DNA of 64,000 bases, taken from assembly GCA_041653535.1 (NCBI GenBank), contig JBAZFH010000001.1:6052-70051 (forward strand), in the 5' to 3' direction. This DNA is from Patescibacteria group bacterium (GTDB lineage Bacteria > Patescibacteriota > Patescibacteriia > JACRDY01). Below are positions 29,704 to 41,435 of the stretch, piece by piece. A model generated the notes under the pieces. It saw only the letters and a list, made by a program, of their open reading frames with translations. It had not been told where the DNA came from and made no database searches. Made by a program: the position numbers and the translations under genes. Each line of letters opens with the position of its first letter. The first letter of the stretch is position 1.

Positions 29704-30525
29704 ATGCAAGATGTCAAGAATTATCTAGAGAGAACTAAAACAGAGCTAAGATTAAAAAATTATAGCTCAAAGACCGAGAAAAGTTATCTTCGTTGTTTGG
29801 CGGAATACTTGGCTTATCTTGGTACGGAAACGCCAAGCGTTAACACCGATGCGATCAAAAGATTTTTGCTGGAAAAACAGTCATCTGGCAAAGCGCCGCA
29901 AACGGTCAATTTTTATCTCAATGCGATTAACTTTTTTTATCGCGAAGTCTTGGCTCTGCCAGCCAGGGTAGAGATTAAATTTGCCAAGCGATCCAAAAAA
30001 TTGCCGGTGGTTTTGTCTCGCGAGGAAGTACAAAAAATTATTACCGCGCCGAAAAACTCGAAGCATCGTTGTCTTTTGGCATTGACTTATGGTTCGGGAC
30101 TGCGCGTCAGCGAAGTGGTTAGTCTAAAAATCGGTGATCTGGATTTTGATCGAATGCTTATTCATCTCAAAGACGCCAAGGGTAATAAAGATCGCTTGAC
30201 GCTTTTGCCGGAAAGTTTATTGCTAGATTTAAAAAACCTTATCGCGAGTCGAGAGGCGAGTGACTATCTTTTTTCCAGTGAACGCGGTGGAGCGCTGTCT
30301 AGTCGAACCGCTCAGGCGATTTTTTACCTGGCGTTAGAAAAATCAGGGGTTACCAAAGCGGTTACTTTTCATTCTTTACGGCACAGTTTTGCTACACATT
30401 TGCTGGAAAACGGAGTGGATATTCGTTATGTGCAGGAGTTGCTCGGTCATAACAGTATCAAGACTACTCAGATTTATACGCATATGACCAGCTTGGGACT
30501 AAAAAACATCAAAAGCCCTCTTTGA
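29704..30525 (+). CDS. tyrosine site-specific recombinase (XerC/XerD-like)
   Basis: Catalytic R...HxxR...Y region (GLRVSEVVSLKIGDL ... HSLRHSFATHLLENG ... LLGHNSIKTTQIYTH). Confidence 0.8.
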   Translation: MQDVKNYLERTKTELRLKNYSSKTEKSYLRCLAEYLAYLGTETPSVNTDAIKRFLLEKQSSGKAPQTVNFYLNAINFFYREVLALPARVEIKFAKRSKKLPVVLSREEVQKIITAPKNSKHRCLLALTYGSGLRVSEVVSLKIGDLDFDRMLIHLKDAKGNKDRLTLLPESLLLDLKNLIASREASDYLFSSERGGALSSRTAQAIFYLALEKSGVTKAVTFHSLRHSFATHLLENGVDIRYVQELLGHNSIKTTQIYTHMTSLGLKNIKSPL

Positions 30526-30579
30526 TATTCAGATCTTTTGCCGTCATTAAAATATTTTTTCCTCGTCTGACGATCGAGA

Positions 30580-31107
30580 TTATTGTTTATTTTTTGTATC
30601 CGGATATCTGATGGTTATAGTGAATGTTGATTCGTTGGCATCAATATTTTCCAGTCTGGATAAAAGGTCAAATACCGTATTTTCCGTAATATCTTCTTTT
30701 AACCTGATAATTAAAGCATAGTTAATACCGAGTTTTTTATACAAATCTTCCATTTGTTTGAATTTTTTTTGTTTGTTTATCACCACGACACTTTTACCAC
30801 TAGTCACGTCAACAGCGTATGTTTTTCCGTTAAATCTAAAAAGCAGATCGATGCCTAACAGTCGGTCTGTTAATGTTTCGTTTGACAGGTCGGACAAACT
30901 CAATCCTTCTTTTTGTAGTTTTTGTACGACTAATTCATATCTTTGTGGTAACTCTCGTCTGACATGTTCCAATATTTTTTCTCTACTTTCTTGTAAAGAC
31001 AAAACCTCCACTCCTAAGTCTTTCGCTATTTCAAATAAAACCCGCATTCTTTCCTCTGCCAGTTTGGATATTTCGTTAGTGAAATTTGGAACTATTTCTT
31101 TTTCCAT
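30580..31107 (-). CDS. hypothetical protein
   Basis: 175-aa ORF with no recognisable family. Confidence 0.5.
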   Translation of the reverse strand: MEKEIVPNFTNEISKLAEERMRVLFEIAKDLGVEVLSLQESREKILEHVRRELPQRYELVVQKLQKEGLSLSDLSNETLTDRLLGIDLLFRFNGKTYAVDVTSGKSVVVINKQKKFKQMEDLYKKLGINYALIIRLKEDITENTVFDLLSRLENIDANESTFTITIRYPDTKNKQ

Positions 31108-31263
31108 AAAATTATTTTGGTAATTCTATGTTAATTTGATAATATATCATATAACAAATCCTCTCTGAATTTAACAGATAAATTGAATTTAGGCAATTTC
31201 ATTGCAGTTGACTAAGATAAGTTCCATATAAAAAAACACTGTTTTTAAAAGTGTTTTTTTATA

Positions 31264-31336
31264 TGGACCCGACCGGGCTCGAACCGGTCACCCCCTGCTT
31301 GCAAAGCAGGTGCTCTACCAAATGAGCTACGGGCCC
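31264..31336 (-). tRNA. tRNA-Ala (anticodon UGC), CCA not encoded
   Basis: Reverse complement GGGCCCGTAGCTCATTTGGTAGAGC ... anticodon loop TTTGCAA ... GGTTCGAGCCC. Confidence 0.85.
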
Positions 31337-31580
31337 CCACACCAACCTTAAACCACTGGTAATTTGTCGAAAATAAAGTTTTTAACAAAATGACTTTTTT
31401 AGTCCTTTGAATATTGTTATCAAAGTTGGTCTGGGGGTACGCCTAAAACGGTAAAAAGTGCCTATATAATATAGGAGAAAGGTGAAATAGTCAACAGTTT
31501 AACAATATTTAATAGTTTTTTTAGAATTATTTTACCCTCGCCGCGTTAATATTTGGCTAGATAATAAATAGTCTAATTTT

Positions 31581-33815
31581 ATGAAAAAAATAGCACTTTT
31601 TGGGATTATTTGCAGTTTGTTGTTTTGGCAATTATTGCCAATTTTTACGTTAGCCGATGGTTGCTCGATAGTGATCATAGAGATCGGAGCCAGCGAAAAA
31701 ACCGATCACGAGTGGGTCAAGATTTTTAATCGTAGTAATGAAGACGTTGATTTAAATAATTGGAAATTTTATGAAGACAAGACTAATCACAAACTAACAT
31801 TGTTTCGCGGCGACAATTTTATAATCAATGCCGGACAATACGCCGTAATAGCACAAGCGGCGGAAAATTTTGTTAGTGACTATCCGGATTTTACCGGTGC
31901 GATACTAGACAGTTCGTGGGGTAGTCTGTCAGAACAAGGAGAAGAAATCGGATTAAAAGATTCTAGCGGAACAACGCAAGAATTATTTACTTATGTCGCT
32001 GTTAACGGTTTTATTTTAGAAAGAGTTGATCCGATGATTGATGATTATACGGCAAACAATTGGCGGACAAAAACAGCGACAACTAATCCGGGATCGTTCG
32101 ATCAAGAAGGTAATACCGATCCGGTTGTTCCTACTGACCCAAACGATGGGCAAAACGCTGTTTGTCAAAATTTAGATTTAAAAATTAATGAGTTTGTTTC
32201 CAGTCCGGCAGACGAGCAAGAGGAGTTTATCGAGTTGTATAATAATGGTGTTCAGGCAATTGATTTAACCAATTGGTCGGTAGAGGATGGATCAAAACGA
32301 GTGACGATGCTGACCGGAGAAGTAGAGTCGGGAGGTTTTTTCATTATAGATAAGCCAAAAGGCGTTCTCAATAACGATGGAGATTTGATCGTTTTGCGTT
32401 GCGCGCAAAAAATAATTGATCAAGTTGCCTACGGTGAGTGGAATGACAGCGATATTAGTAATAACATATTGGCTCCAGAGGATCCATATTCGGCAGCGCG
32501 TACGGTTGATGGTCAAGATAGTGACGTTGATAGTATTGATTGGCAAGTAACAACAAATATTACTCGCGGAGCGGCAAATATTATTATTACCCCACCATCA
32601 CCGCCGTCATCTGGAAGAACCGTCGTGGTAACAGGAGATGATGCTGATATGGAAAACGATGAGGCGGCTACAATCATGGAAAATAGTTTGGACGCACCGA
32701 TAGAAAAAATTATTATTAATGAAATTTTTCCAAACCCCGCCGGTATTGATCGCGAAAAAGAGTTTATCGAATTGAAAAATATTGACATCATTGACGTTGA
32801 TTTGGACGGCTGGATAGTGAGTAAAGGCGGGTTTGATTATCATATTAAAAAAGATGATTTTTTTAGCACCGTAATACCGGTTGGCGGACTGTTTGTTTTG
32901 CCGCGAAAAGTGACCAATATTGCCCTAAAAAATACCGGAAAAGAGGTTGTTTCTTTAGAAAATACCAGAAAAATGACGGTTGATAAGGCGGAATATTCTG
33001 CCAGAGGAATAGAGGAAGAATGGAGTTATTCTTTGTTTGCTAATGGTTGGCAGTGGACACTACAAATAACTCCGGAACAAGAAAATGTTTTGGAAAAAAT
33101 AAGTTTAGCACCGTTGGCGTCATTAGTTCTAATAAAAAATTCTCGACCCAAAACAGGAGAGAAAATAATTTTTGACGCAACCGATTCAACCGATCCGGAC
33201 GGAGACGCGCTAGACTATCGTTGGAATTTTGGCGATGAAAATTTTGGCAGTGGGGAAATGACCGAACATGTTTATGCGTCATCAGGAAAATACGAGATAG
33301 TTTTAACTGTTGATGACGGTCGCGGTAAGAGTGATATCCTGAAAAAGAAAATTACTATTTATCCGGCGCCGGTTGAAGAAAAAGAAGAAGTTGATGTCGA
33401 GATAGCTGGTAGCAGGTCCAGCGTTGTAGAAAAAGCGAGCGCTACAAATATTGGTAAGACGATGAAAACAAGCGGTGAGGTGATAGAAAAAAACGGACAA
33501 AAAATTTGGCTGGATGATAATGGTGATGAAAGTCTGGTCTATATCAGCAAAACTCTAGGAATCAAAATGTCCAGTTTTAGTATCGGTCAAAAGTTGGAAG
33601 TAACCGGCGTGGTCAAAAAATATCAAGATGAATATCGGATTTGTCCTCGTGATAAAAATGATATTATTTTTATTAACAATGAGCCGCAGATTCTGGGTGC
33701 GGAAACAACGAAACAGCGAGACGATTGGGTAAAATTGGCGCTGATCGGAGGAATGATTATCGTGGCGGTTGTTACCGCGATTATTATTAAGATAAAAAAT
33801 AAAATATCAAAATAA
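31581..33815 (+). CDS. cell-surface protein with three lamin-tail (LTD) domains, a PKD domain and C-terminal TM anchor
   Basis: Signal peptide. LTD-like segments (INEFVSSPADEQEEFIELYNNG..DLTNW; IINEIFPNPAGIDREKEFIELKN). PKD motif (DATDSTDPDGDALDYRWNFGD ... YEIVLTVDDGRG). Terminal hydrophobic helix. Confidence 0.7.
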   Translation: MKKIALFGIICSLLFWQLLPIFTLADGCSIVIIEIGASEKTDHEWVKIFNRSNEDVDLNNWKFYEDKTNHKLTLFRGDNFIINAGQYAVIAQAAENFVSDYPDFTGAILDSSWGSLSEQGEEIGLKDSSGTTQELFTYVAVNGFILERVDPMIDDYTANNWRTKTATTNPGSFDQEGNTDPVVPTDPNDGQNAVCQNLDLKINEFVSSPADEQEEFIELYNNGVQAIDLTNWSVEDGSKRVTMLTGEVESGGFFIIDKPKGVLNNDGDLIVLRCAQKIIDQVAYGEWNDSDISNNILAPEDPYSAARTVDGQDSDVDSIDWQVTTNITRGAANIIITPPSPPSSGRTVVVTGDDADMENDEAATIMENSLDAPIEKIIINEIFPNPAGIDREKEFIELKNIDIIDVDLDGWIVSKGGFDYHIKKDDFFSTVIPVGGLFVLPRKVTNIALKNTGKEVVSLENTRKMTVDKAEYSARGIEEEWSYSLFANGWQWTLQITPEQENVLEKISLAPLASLVLIKNSRPKTGEKIIFDATDSTDPDGDALDYRWNFGDENFGSGEMTEHVYASSGKYEIVLTVDDGRGKSDILKKKITIYPAPVEEKEEVDVEIAGSRSSVVEKASATNIGKTMKTSGEVIEKNGQKIWLDDNGDESLVYISKTLGIKMSSFSIGQKLEVTGVVKKYQDEYRICPRDKNDIIFINNEPQILGAETTKQRDDWVKLALIGGMIIVAVVTAIIIKIKNKISK

Positions 33816-33882
33816 AAAATATGATCATTTAAACTTTGAAACTTAAAATCAAAATATTATCGGTGTCAGTATTTAAATAATA

Positions 33883-34599
33883 ATGAAAAGCAAAGAATAT
33901 TTTTTAATTTTGAGTTGTATTCTTGTCTTTGACTTTCTTGCTGCCATACTGGATAATAGATCTATGGTCAAAAAGTTAGTTTTATTGGCAGTTTTAATAG
34001 TAGCGGTGTTTGCCGCCGGTTTTATTTTTATTTATTTTATTAATGATCAGCGTGAAGAAACAAGCCTTAATAAGCAATCGACTGATTATTATGATAGTTT
34101 AGCCGAGGGTTGTCCGGTTGATGAAAATCAGCAAGTTTGCTGCTTGCTTTCCGTGGGAGAGATGCGCCAGTCCGGATTTTTATTGGTGCCGCAAGAAGGC
34201 TGTCCGCAAGGACAGTGGGAAAAACAGTTGGATTGTGCCGGTAGCTACAAATGGTGTCGGGTTATGACAGAAAGTGATTTAGTTTGGCAGAAGGAAGAAA
34301 AAGAGCGTGAAGACGAACTGGGGATTTGTCGGTATGAAGACAGCGAGTATTTTATCGAAGCGATTTGTAATCAGCTGGTGGTGCGTTTATCTGGCGGAAT
34401 TTTGGATAGCCAAAAGGGAGAGATTGAAAAAACAATCAAAAAATATAACGGTCAGTATTTGCAGCGTTTGCTACAGGATACTTATTGGGTTGTTTTTATT
34501 TCTCAGCGCGATGATCTGCTCGCGTTAAAATCAGAATTGACCAGCAGAGATAACGTTAACGTTTTTTTTAACGTTATTTCCACTGTTTTAAAGAATTAA
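33883..34599 (+). CDS. hypothetical membrane-anchored Cys-rich protein
   Basis: N-terminal TM helices followed by a Cys-containing extracytoplasmic domain. Confidence 0.5.
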   Translation: MKSKEYFLILSCILVFDFLAAILDNRSMVKKLVLLAVLIVAVFAAGFIFIYFINDQREETSLNKQSTDYYDSLAEGCPVDENQQVCCLLSVGEMRQSGFLLVPQEGCPQGQWEKQLDCAGSYKWCRVMTESDLVWQKEEKEREDELGICRYEDSEYFIEAICNQLVVRLSGGILDSQKGEIEKTIKKYNGQYLQRLLQDTYWVVFISQRDDLLALKSELTSRDNVNVFFNVISTVLKN

Positions 34600-34685
34600 A
34601 AAGAAAAAAATAGACCTCTTTAACTTTTGTTTAAGAGGTCTTTTAAATTTGTTTTATTTCAAGTTCAGATTTTAGTTCTCGATAA

Positions 34686-34889
34686 TTAGTTGGCATTATT
34701 TTTTTCCTGTGTTTTTTCTTCGTAGAAAACGGTTAAATAGGTGCGCACGGCTTGCTTTCCAAAAGAGACGGGAATCGCAGCTGAGCTTTGGCTGGCTGTG
34801 ATAAGCTGAATGGAATTGATAAATTTGTTGAATTCTTTCAACTGTTCATCGGTTGGAGCGCCGTTAAAAACAAAAAACTTCGCTTTCAT
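34686..34889 (-). CDS. hypothetical small protein
   Basis: 67-aa ORF. Bidirectional hairpin terminator (agacctctttaacttttgtttaagaggtct) at about 34610-34645. Confidence 0.35.
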   Translation of the reverse strand: MKAKFFVFNGAPTDEQLKEFNKFINSIQLITASQSSAAIPVSFGKQAVRTYLTVFYEEKTQEKNNAN

Positions 34890-35029
34890 TTTTTTACCTC
34901 CTTTCTTGCGTTGTTTTGGTTTTTGTCACGGTCTGTTTTGATTGTATTATAATATAATCAGCCGGTCAAAAGCCGTTAAATTGATATTTATCTTTTATCG
35001 ATTTTTTGCTACAATATTTACATAGTTTT

Positions 35030-36166
35030 ATGAAAAACATTATAGAAGGGTCGCGAGCAGTGGCTCTAACAATCAAAATGTGTAAACCGGGAGTAGTGTC
35101 GGCTTATCCCATTACTCCGCAAACCCATATTGTAGAAGATTTGGCGCGTTTCAAAGCTGACGGTGAAGCCGACTATCAATATTTAATAGCGGAAAGCGAA
35201 TTTGCCGCTGCTTCGATAGTGTTGGGTTCGTCACTTGGCGGTGTGCGGTCTTACACGGCTTCTTCTTCACAAGGACTGCTTTTAATGACTGAAGTATTAT
35301 TTAGTATTGCCGGACTGCGCGCGCCGATTGTGCTGACTTGTGCCAATCGGGCGATATCGTCGCCGATTAATATTTGGAACGACCAGCAAGACGCATTAAC
35401 CATGCGCGACAGCGGTTGGATCATGCTTTACTGCGAAGACAATCAAGAAGCGATTGATTTGCATATTCAAGCGTATAAAATAGCTGAAGCGGTAAAATTT
35501 CCGGTAATGGTAAATATGGATGGTTTTATTTTGACGCATACTTATGAACCAGTAGATTTGCCCGGTCAAAAAGAAGTTGATGCTTTTTTACCCGCCTATA
35601 AACCTAAGAGAGGTTTTTATTTGGATTCGAAGAATCCCGCAAGTTTTGGACCGTTTGTTACGCCGACGACATATATGGAGCAGCGTCAAGAAATGTTTGG
35701 AGATTTCATCGGGAGTAAGACGGTGATAAAAAAAGTTGCTGCCGAGTTTGCAAAAAAATTTGGGCGTAAACAAGGCGATGGCTTGGTTGAGTATATTGGC
35801 AGTGGTAACGAAGACGTGGTGCTTGTCGCGATGGGTTCGATAGTAGGGACATTACGGGAAAGTAAGAAGGGGGTTAATTTTGGAATATTAAAGATAAAAA
35901 CTTTTCGGCCGTTTCCGGACGAAGAAGTTTTGAAAAAACTAAGCAAGGCAAAATACATCGCTGTGGTTGATAAGTCGATTTCTATGGGAGCCGAAGGAAT
36001 ATTAGCTATGGAATTAAAGCGCGTTAGCTGTGGAAGGCTAAAAGGTAGGATAAAAAGTTTTGTTGTTGGTTTGGGCGGTAAAGATATTACTATTGGTGTA
36101 ATAGAAAAAATAGTAAAAGAAGTTAAAAAGTCAGATGACAAAATCGCCTGGGTTTATCCAGAATAA
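35030..36166 (+). CDS. 2-oxoacid:ferredoxin oxidoreductase alpha subunit (PorA/KorA-like)
   Basis: Conserved EGSRAVA ... AYPITPQT ... GGVRSYTASSSQGL motifs. ATG at 35030 (or TTG at 35006). Confidence 0.8.
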   Translation: MKNIIEGSRAVALTIKMCKPGVVSAYPITPQTHIVEDLARFKADGEADYQYLIAESEFAAASIVLGSSLGGVRSYTASSSQGLLLMTEVLFSIAGLRAPIVLTCANRAISSPINIWNDQQDALTMRDSGWIMLYCEDNQEAIDLHIQAYKIAEAVKFPVMVNMDGFILTHTYEPVDLPGQKEVDAFLPAYKPKRGFYLDSKNPASFGPFVTPTTYMEQRQEMFGDFIGSKTVIKKVAAEFAKKFGRKQGDGLVEYIGSGNEDVVLVAMGSIVGTLRESKKGVNFGILKIKTFRPFPDEEVLKKLSKAKYIAVVDKSISMGAEGILAMELKRVSCGRLKGRIKSFVVGLGGKDITIGVIEKIVKEVKKSDDKIAWVYPE

Positions 36167-36177
36167 AATATAATTTT

Positions 36178-37065
36178 GTGCCAGAAAAAATATTAAAACA
36201 CAATCCTTTGTTTAACCCCGGTCACACGGCTTGTGCTGGTTGCGGTCAGGCAATGACAATACAGCATATTACCAAAGCTCTTGGTAGCGATGTTGTGATT
36301 GTTAATGCTACTGGTTGTTCGGAAGTATATTCGTCAAAATACGGCGAATCAGCGTGGGGACAACCTTGGGTACATAGTCTTTTTGAAAATTCTGCGCCGC
36401 TTGGTAGTGGTATTGCAGCGGCGTTACATCAAAGGGGAAATAAAACTACTCGTGTGGTGGTCCAAGGTGGAGACGGCGCGACTTTTGACATTGGTTTTGG
36501 TTTGATCTCCGGTATGTGGGAACGCGGTGATGACGTTCTTTATATTTGTTATGATAACGAAGCTTACATGAATACGGGCGTACAGTCTTCTGGTTCCACG
36601 CCGCATTTTGCGAATACCACAACTACTCCGGCCGGCAAAAAAAATCATGGCAGCCAGCAGTATAAAAAAAATATGATTGACGTGGCGCTTGCTCACGGAC
36701 TGCGTTATATGGCGACAACAACCTGCGGTTACCTTGATGACATTGAAAATAAGGTCAGAAAAGCCATGACTTTTTCCGGACCGCGATATATCCAGATCCT
36801 GACCACTTGCGTTCCCGGTTGGGGAACCAAAGAAGATATGGCTGTTGATCTTGGTAAGCTGGCAAGCGAAACCGGCCTATATCCTGTTTTGGAATATATT
36901 GACGGTGCTTTGGTAAACAAAATGAAAGTAACAAAGCCAAAACCAGTGGAAGAATATCTAAAACACCAAAAACGTTTTATCCATATTATAAAAGATCCTG
37001 AACGTTTGGCCTGGGTACAAGGTTTGGCGAAACGGAATATCAATAAATACGGACTTGATAAGTAA
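36178..37065 (+). CDS. 2-oxoacid:ferredoxin oxidoreductase beta subunit (TPP-binding)
   Basis: CAGCGQ ... GGDGATFDIG ... YDNEAYMNTGVQ thiamine-PP binding motifs. GTG start. Confidence 0.8.
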   Translation: MPEKILKHNPLFNPGHTACAGCGQAMTIQHITKALGSDVVIVNATGCSEVYSSKYGESAWGQPWVHSLFENSAPLGSGIAAALHQRGNKTTRVVVQGGDGATFDIGFGLISGMWERGDDVLYICYDNEAYMNTGVQSSGSTPHFANTTTTPAGKKNHGSQQYKKNMIDVALAHGLRYMATTTCGYLDDIENKVRKAMTFSGPRYIQILTTCVPGWGTKEDMAVDLGKLASETGLYPVLEYIDGALVNKMKVTKPKPVEEYLKHQKRFIHIIKDPERLAWVQGLAKRNINKYGLDK

Positions 37066-37331
37066 AAAATGATACGGCGGTTTTTCGCTAGAGCTTTGTA
37101 AAGTTGAAAGAATAATTAAGAAATTTTAAAAACCATAGAGAAGTCTTTGGTTTTTTTGTTTTTGTCATCATGTCGGGCAAGTCCGCCAGTTGGCAGACCC
37201 CCAAACCACCGAGACGGATCGTTTTGTTACTGTAAGTGGGGGTGCTTTTTTGCTACCGTGCCTCTCTATTGATAAAAGTTAAAAAGTACTGTACAATTCT
37301 TTTTAACGTTTTTATCCACATTTATTATTTT

Positions 37332-40148
37332 ATGGCGAACCAAATAAAGATTCGTGGCGCTCGGGTGAATAACCTCAAAAATATTAATGTTGATATTCCC
37401 AAAGATAAATTGGTGATTATTACCGGTTTGTCAGGATCTGGTAAATCGTCGCTTGCTTTTGACACGATTTACGCCGAAGGTCAGCGTCGTTACGTTGATT
37501 CTCTTTCTTCGTATGCGCGGCAGTTTATGGGAGTGATAGAAAAGCCGGATGTCGACTCTATTGAAGGTTTGTCGCCTGCTATTGCTATCGATCAGCGTAG
37601 TGTTAGCCATAATCCTCGCTCGACCGTTGGTACTGTGACTGAAATATATGATTATTTACGTTTGTTGTTTTCCAAACTCGGTCATCGATTTTGTCATCAG
37701 TGCGGCAGTGAGGTAACTAAGCAGACTTTAGAGGAAATAACTAGCATGGTTTTGAAGCTGGAAGCCGGTGAATATTATTTGGTCGCCCCGGTGGTAAAAA
37801 GTCAAAAAGGGGAACAAAAGAAAGTGGTTTCTGGTATTACCAAATCTGGGTATCTTGGACTAGTCGTCGATGGGCAGTTTTTTCATGTTGATCAGCTGTC
37901 AACCATTAAAATAGATAAAGCGGAAAAACACGATGTTGATATAGTTTTATCCAAAATAAAAATCAACGGTGACAATCAAAAGATTTCCGAGCTAGTAAAA
38001 GTGGCGCTCGATCTTGGTAACGGTGAGCTGAAAGTAAAGAAGGTAAATGGCGGAGATTTTACCGGCAAAGAATATAATTTTTCTCAATATTATACTTGTC
38101 CCAGTTGTGGCATCACTCTTTCGGAAATCGAGCCGCGATCTTTTTCTTTTAACTCACCGCAAGGAGCGTGCGCTGCCTGTGCCGGTCTAGGTGTTAAAAT
38201 GGAAGTTGATCCTGATTTGATAATTCCTAATCGTAAATTAACTATTGCTGAAGGCGCGATTAAGCCTTGGGTGCGCATGGTTGGTGGTCAGACCGGTCAA
38301 TATAAGCTACTCGAAGCCATGTCTAAGGAAAATGGTTTTTCGATTCATCAACCTTTGGAGAAAATAAAAGCTGACCAAATCGATATTATTTTGTATGGTA
38401 CGGGCGCCAAAAAATATCTTATTGGGTCGCAAGAGCAAGTATATGAAGGAGTGATCCCGCAGCTTGAACGCCGCTATCGCGAAAGCGATTCTGATTTTAT
38501 GCGTTCGGAAATCGAAGGTTATATGCGTTCAATGATTTGTCCTTCTTGTCATGGTCAGCGTCTAAAAAAAGAAAGTTTGTCCGTCAAAGTCGGTGGACTG
38601 AATATCGCCCAAGTGGTGGCACTTAATATTAATGACGCAGGAGTTTATTTTAAGGGATTGGAAAAATTATTTGATAAAAAAGAAAAACAGATCGGTAGTC
38701 AGATTATCCGCGAGGTATTAGCCCGTATTGATTATATTAAGGGTGTCGGGTTAGATTATTTGGCACTTGATCGTAGCGCTGGTACGCTATCCGGTGGTGA
38801 AGCGCAAAGGATTCGTCTGGCTACTCAAATGGGGTCGGGATTATCCGGCGTTATCTATATCCTCGATGAACCGTCGATTGGTCTGCACCAAAAAGACAAT
38901 GCTAAACTAATTAAAACCCTTAAAGAGCTGCGCAATATTGGCAATTCAGTAGTGGTTGTTGAACACGACGAAATGATTATTCGCGAAGCTGACGAAATTA
39001 TAGACATCGGTCCCGGCGCCGGCACTTATGGCGGACACGTGATCGCCCAAGGCACGCTCAAAGAAATTTTAAGCAACAAAAAATCTTTAACCGGACAATA
39101 TCTATCCGGTAAGAAGAAAATTGATACCCCTAGCGAATACCGTAAGGGTAATGGCAAGTCTATCGAGATTGTCGGTGCTAAGGCGTTTAATCTCAAAAAT
39201 ATCAGTGTTAAACTGCCGCTTGGCAAATTTGTTTGCTTCACCGGCGTTTCCGGTTCAGGTAAATCAACTCTAATGACTGAGATCCTTGCCAAGGCTTTAT
39301 CCCGACATTTTTATCGCGCCAAAGATTTGCCGGGAGAGCATAAAGAAATAAAAGGTTTAGAAAATATTGACAAGGTGATTTCCATCGATCAATCGCCAAT
39401 TGGTCGGACACCGCGCAGTAATCCGGCTACCTATACCGGTGTTTTTACTTACATCCGTGATTTGTTTACCCAATTACCGGAAGCCAAGATTCGTGGTTAT
39501 GATGCCGGTAAATTTAGTTTTAATGTTAAGGGCGGACGTTGCGAATCCTGTGGTGGCGACGGACTCGTTCGTATCGAAATGCAGTTTTTGTCGGACGTTT
39601 ATGTTCTCTGTGACGAATGTCACGGTCAGCGTTACCAAAAAGAAATACTAGAAGTACATTTCCGCAATAAAAATATCGCTGATATCCTAGACATGACTGT
39701 CGAAGAAGCTAAATACTTTTTTTCCGATAAACCGATTATTGCCGAAAAACTCAGCACGCTATCAGAAGTCGGACTGGGCTATGTTAAGCTTGGTCAGTCA
39801 GCCACTACACTGTCTGGCGGTGAAGCTCAGCGTGTCAAACTGGCAACCGAGCTAGCTCGCCGTTCGACTGGTAACACTCTGTATATTCTCGACGAGCCGA
39901 CCACCGGTCTTCATTTTGATGATATTAAAAGACTGCTCGCTGTTTTGCAGCGTTTGGTAGATAAGGGAAACACCGTACTGGTTATAGAGCATAATTTGGA
40001 AGTGATAAAATCTGCCGACTGGGTGATTGATCTTGGACCAGAGGGTGGCGACAAAGGCGGAGAAATAGTAGCGCAGGGAACGCCGGAAGATATTGCCAAA
40101 GAAAAAAGAAGTTTTACCGGACAATACCTGAAGAGCGTTTTGGATTAG
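37332..40148 (+). CDS. uvrA: excinuclease ABC subunit A
   Basis: Two ABC ATPase modules ([17 protein letters not shown] x2) and zinc-finger CxxC pairs. ATG at 37332 ([15 protein letters not shown]). Confidence 0.9.
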   Translation: MANQIKIRGARVNNLKNINVDIPKDKLVIITGLSGSGKSSLAFDTIYAEGQRRYVDSLSSYARQFMGVIEKPDVDSIEGLSPAIAIDQRSVSHNPRSTVGTVTEIYDYLRLLFSKLGHRFCHQCGSEVTKQTLEEITSMVLKLEAGEYYLVAPVVKSQKGEQKKVVSGITKSGYLGLVVDGQFFHVDQLSTIKIDKAEKHDVDIVLSKIKINGDNQKISELVKVALDLGNGELKVKKVNGGDFTGKEYNFSQYYTCPSCGITLSEIEPRSFSFNSPQGACAACAGLGVKMEVDPDLIIPNRKLTIAEGAIKPWVRMVGGQTGQYKLLEAMSKENGFSIHQPLEKIKADQIDIILYGTGAKKYLIGSQEQVYEGVIPQLERRYRESDSDFMRSEIEGYMRSMICPSCHGQRLKKESLSVKVGGLNIAQVVALNINDAGVYFKGLEKLFDKKEKQIGSQIIREVLARIDYIKGVGLDYLALDRSAGTLSGGEAQRIRLATQMGSGLSGVIYILDEPSIGLHQKDNAKLIKTLKELRNIGNSVVVVEHDEMIIREADEIIDIGPGAGTYGGHVIAQGTLKEILSNKKSLTGQYLSGKKKIDTPSEYRKGNGKSIEIVGAKAFNLKNISVKLPLGKFVCFTGVSGSGKSTLMTEILAKALSRHFYRAKDLPGEHKEIKGLENIDKVISIDQSPIGRTPRSNPATYTGVFTYIRDLFTQLPEAKIRGYDAGKFSFNVKGGRCESCGGDGLVRIEMQFLSDVYVLCDECHGQRYQKEILEVHFRNKNIADILDMTVEEAKYFFSDKPIIAEKLSTLSEVGLGYVKLGQSATTLSGGEAQRVKLATELARRSTGNTLYILDEPTTGLHFDDIKRLLAVLQRLVDKGNTVLVIEHNLEVIKSADWVIDLGPEGGDKGGEIVAQGTPEDIAKEKRSFTGQYLKSVLD

Positions 40149-40149
40149 T

Positions 40150-40330
40150 AGTTAGTGGTTAGAATTTTTATAAGCTGGTGGGTGACTGCCGGCTTTTTAG
40201 TTGGGGAAACACGTCCGGCACCCCCTCTGCCTCCCCCTTGGCAGGGGGAGAATTATAAGACAGACTCCGTCTAGTCTCCTCCCCTGCTAAGGGGAGGAAC
40301 AAGGAGGGGTGCTGGACGTGTTCGTTCTAA
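40150..40330. repeat. roughly 180-bp GC-rich imperfect palindrome with two internal G/C hairpins
   Basis: aacacgtccggcacccc ... ggggtgctggacgtgtt outer stem. Inner hairpins ctccccc-ttggca-gggggag and cctcccc-tgctaa-ggggagg. Resembles the GC-rich element family below. Confidence 0.6.
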
Positions 40331-40416
40331 TAATTGACATTATTGTTTTAATATGGTAAAAATAGGAATTAGATTTTTGACAATAAAAACCATGATATAA
40401 AAGAAGGGAGTACAAA

Positions 40417-40890
40417 ATGGTTGAGATGATTAAGAGGCTATGGGATTGGCTTGATTTTGGTGTCCTTCCTGACGATGGTTATATCAGAGGAGGATGGTGT
40501 GGATCGTTGGTACTTTTGTTAGTTGGTCTAGGAGGAACTTTACTGCTTATAGATCTTCTGGCTGGTACCAAGGCAGAAGATTACCTTGTTGCGGCGATAA
40601 TTATCGGCATGCTTCTTTCGATGTGGGGCATGTGCGGTTTCATGTTCAAGACGCCGGGATTTGCTCGGAGCTTTCGTTATTCATATCAAGTCATCGGACT
40701 TGGTCCTGCTAGCGCAGGTTCCAGTATTCCACTAAAAGGTGGAATTATGGACGGTAGCATGATTTGTTGGCGGAAAATTTTTTCAAGCAGAGAAAGCGCT
40801 TTGGCGTTTGTGTGTTCAAACTCAAATCGTTTGAACGTGAGAAAGGACACGGGTCGAAAAATCTTTGTCTGGGACTTTTATGCCGAGTAA
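40417..40890 (+). CDS. hypothetical membrane protein
   Basis: RBS AGAAGGGAG. Three predicted TM helices. Confidence 0.5.
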   Translation: MVEMIKRLWDWLDFGVLPDDGYIRGGWCGSLVLLLVGLGGTLLLIDLLAGTKAEDYLVAAIIIGMLLSMWGMCGFMFKTPGFARSFRYSYQVIGLGPASAGSSIPLKGGIMDGSMICWRKIFSSRESALAFVCSNSNRLNVRKDTGRKIFVWDFYAE

Positions 40891-40906
40891 AAAGGAGGAA
40901 AAAAAA

Positions 40907-41230
40907 GTGTCCTACCCGATAAAGCCGAGTGATATCAACGCTGAGAGTCTACCGCTCGCTTTTTCCGGCAACGAGGAGTCAAAGAAATTTATCACCGCCC
41001 TTATTTTGTTGGCACAAAAGAACGGTGACTGGCGGGATTTCTATTTAAAGCAATTAACCGTTCAGTGCCGCTCCGGGAAATTTGAAAGGTTTTTTGTCTC
41101 CAACGGACTGATCAAGAAAAATGCCGACAAAACATATTCTTTTACTCACGGGTTTGTCGCCAGATGTTTTGTTGGGGCGCCGGCGACAGAAGATCTTTCT
41201 CTATGGAGAAAGATTGAGTTCAAAAAATAA
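40907..41230 (+). CDS. hypothetical protein
   Basis: RBS AAGGAGG + 8 nt + GTG at 40907. Terminator at 41247-41279. Confidence 0.5.
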   Translation: MSYPIKPSDINAESLPLAFSGNEESKKFITALILLAQKNGDWRDFYLKQLTVQCRSGKFERFFVSNGLIKKNADKTYSFTHGFVARCFVGAPATEDLSLWRKIEFKK

Positions 41231-41435
41231 CAACAATCAACCAAAAACCCTGCGCATGTAGTGCGGGGTTTTTATTTTTGGCATCTCTTGTCCCGGCCAA
41301 AACGGGTCGAAGCTCGGCGCATCCGCTCAGGGCGGACCCCGGACCCCCGCGGTTTTAACAACTTAATATTTTTTGATTTAAAACAATATTGTAAAAGTAG
41401 AAGCGGCGGAAGGTGTTTTTCCGCCGCATCGGTTT

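Noticed and set aside
31264-31336. Integrated element between the Xer-like recombinase and tRNA-Ala
   Set aside because: No direct repeat of the tRNA-Ala 3' end was found in the flanking 2 kb, and the recombinase looks like a chromosomal Xer rather than a phage integrase.
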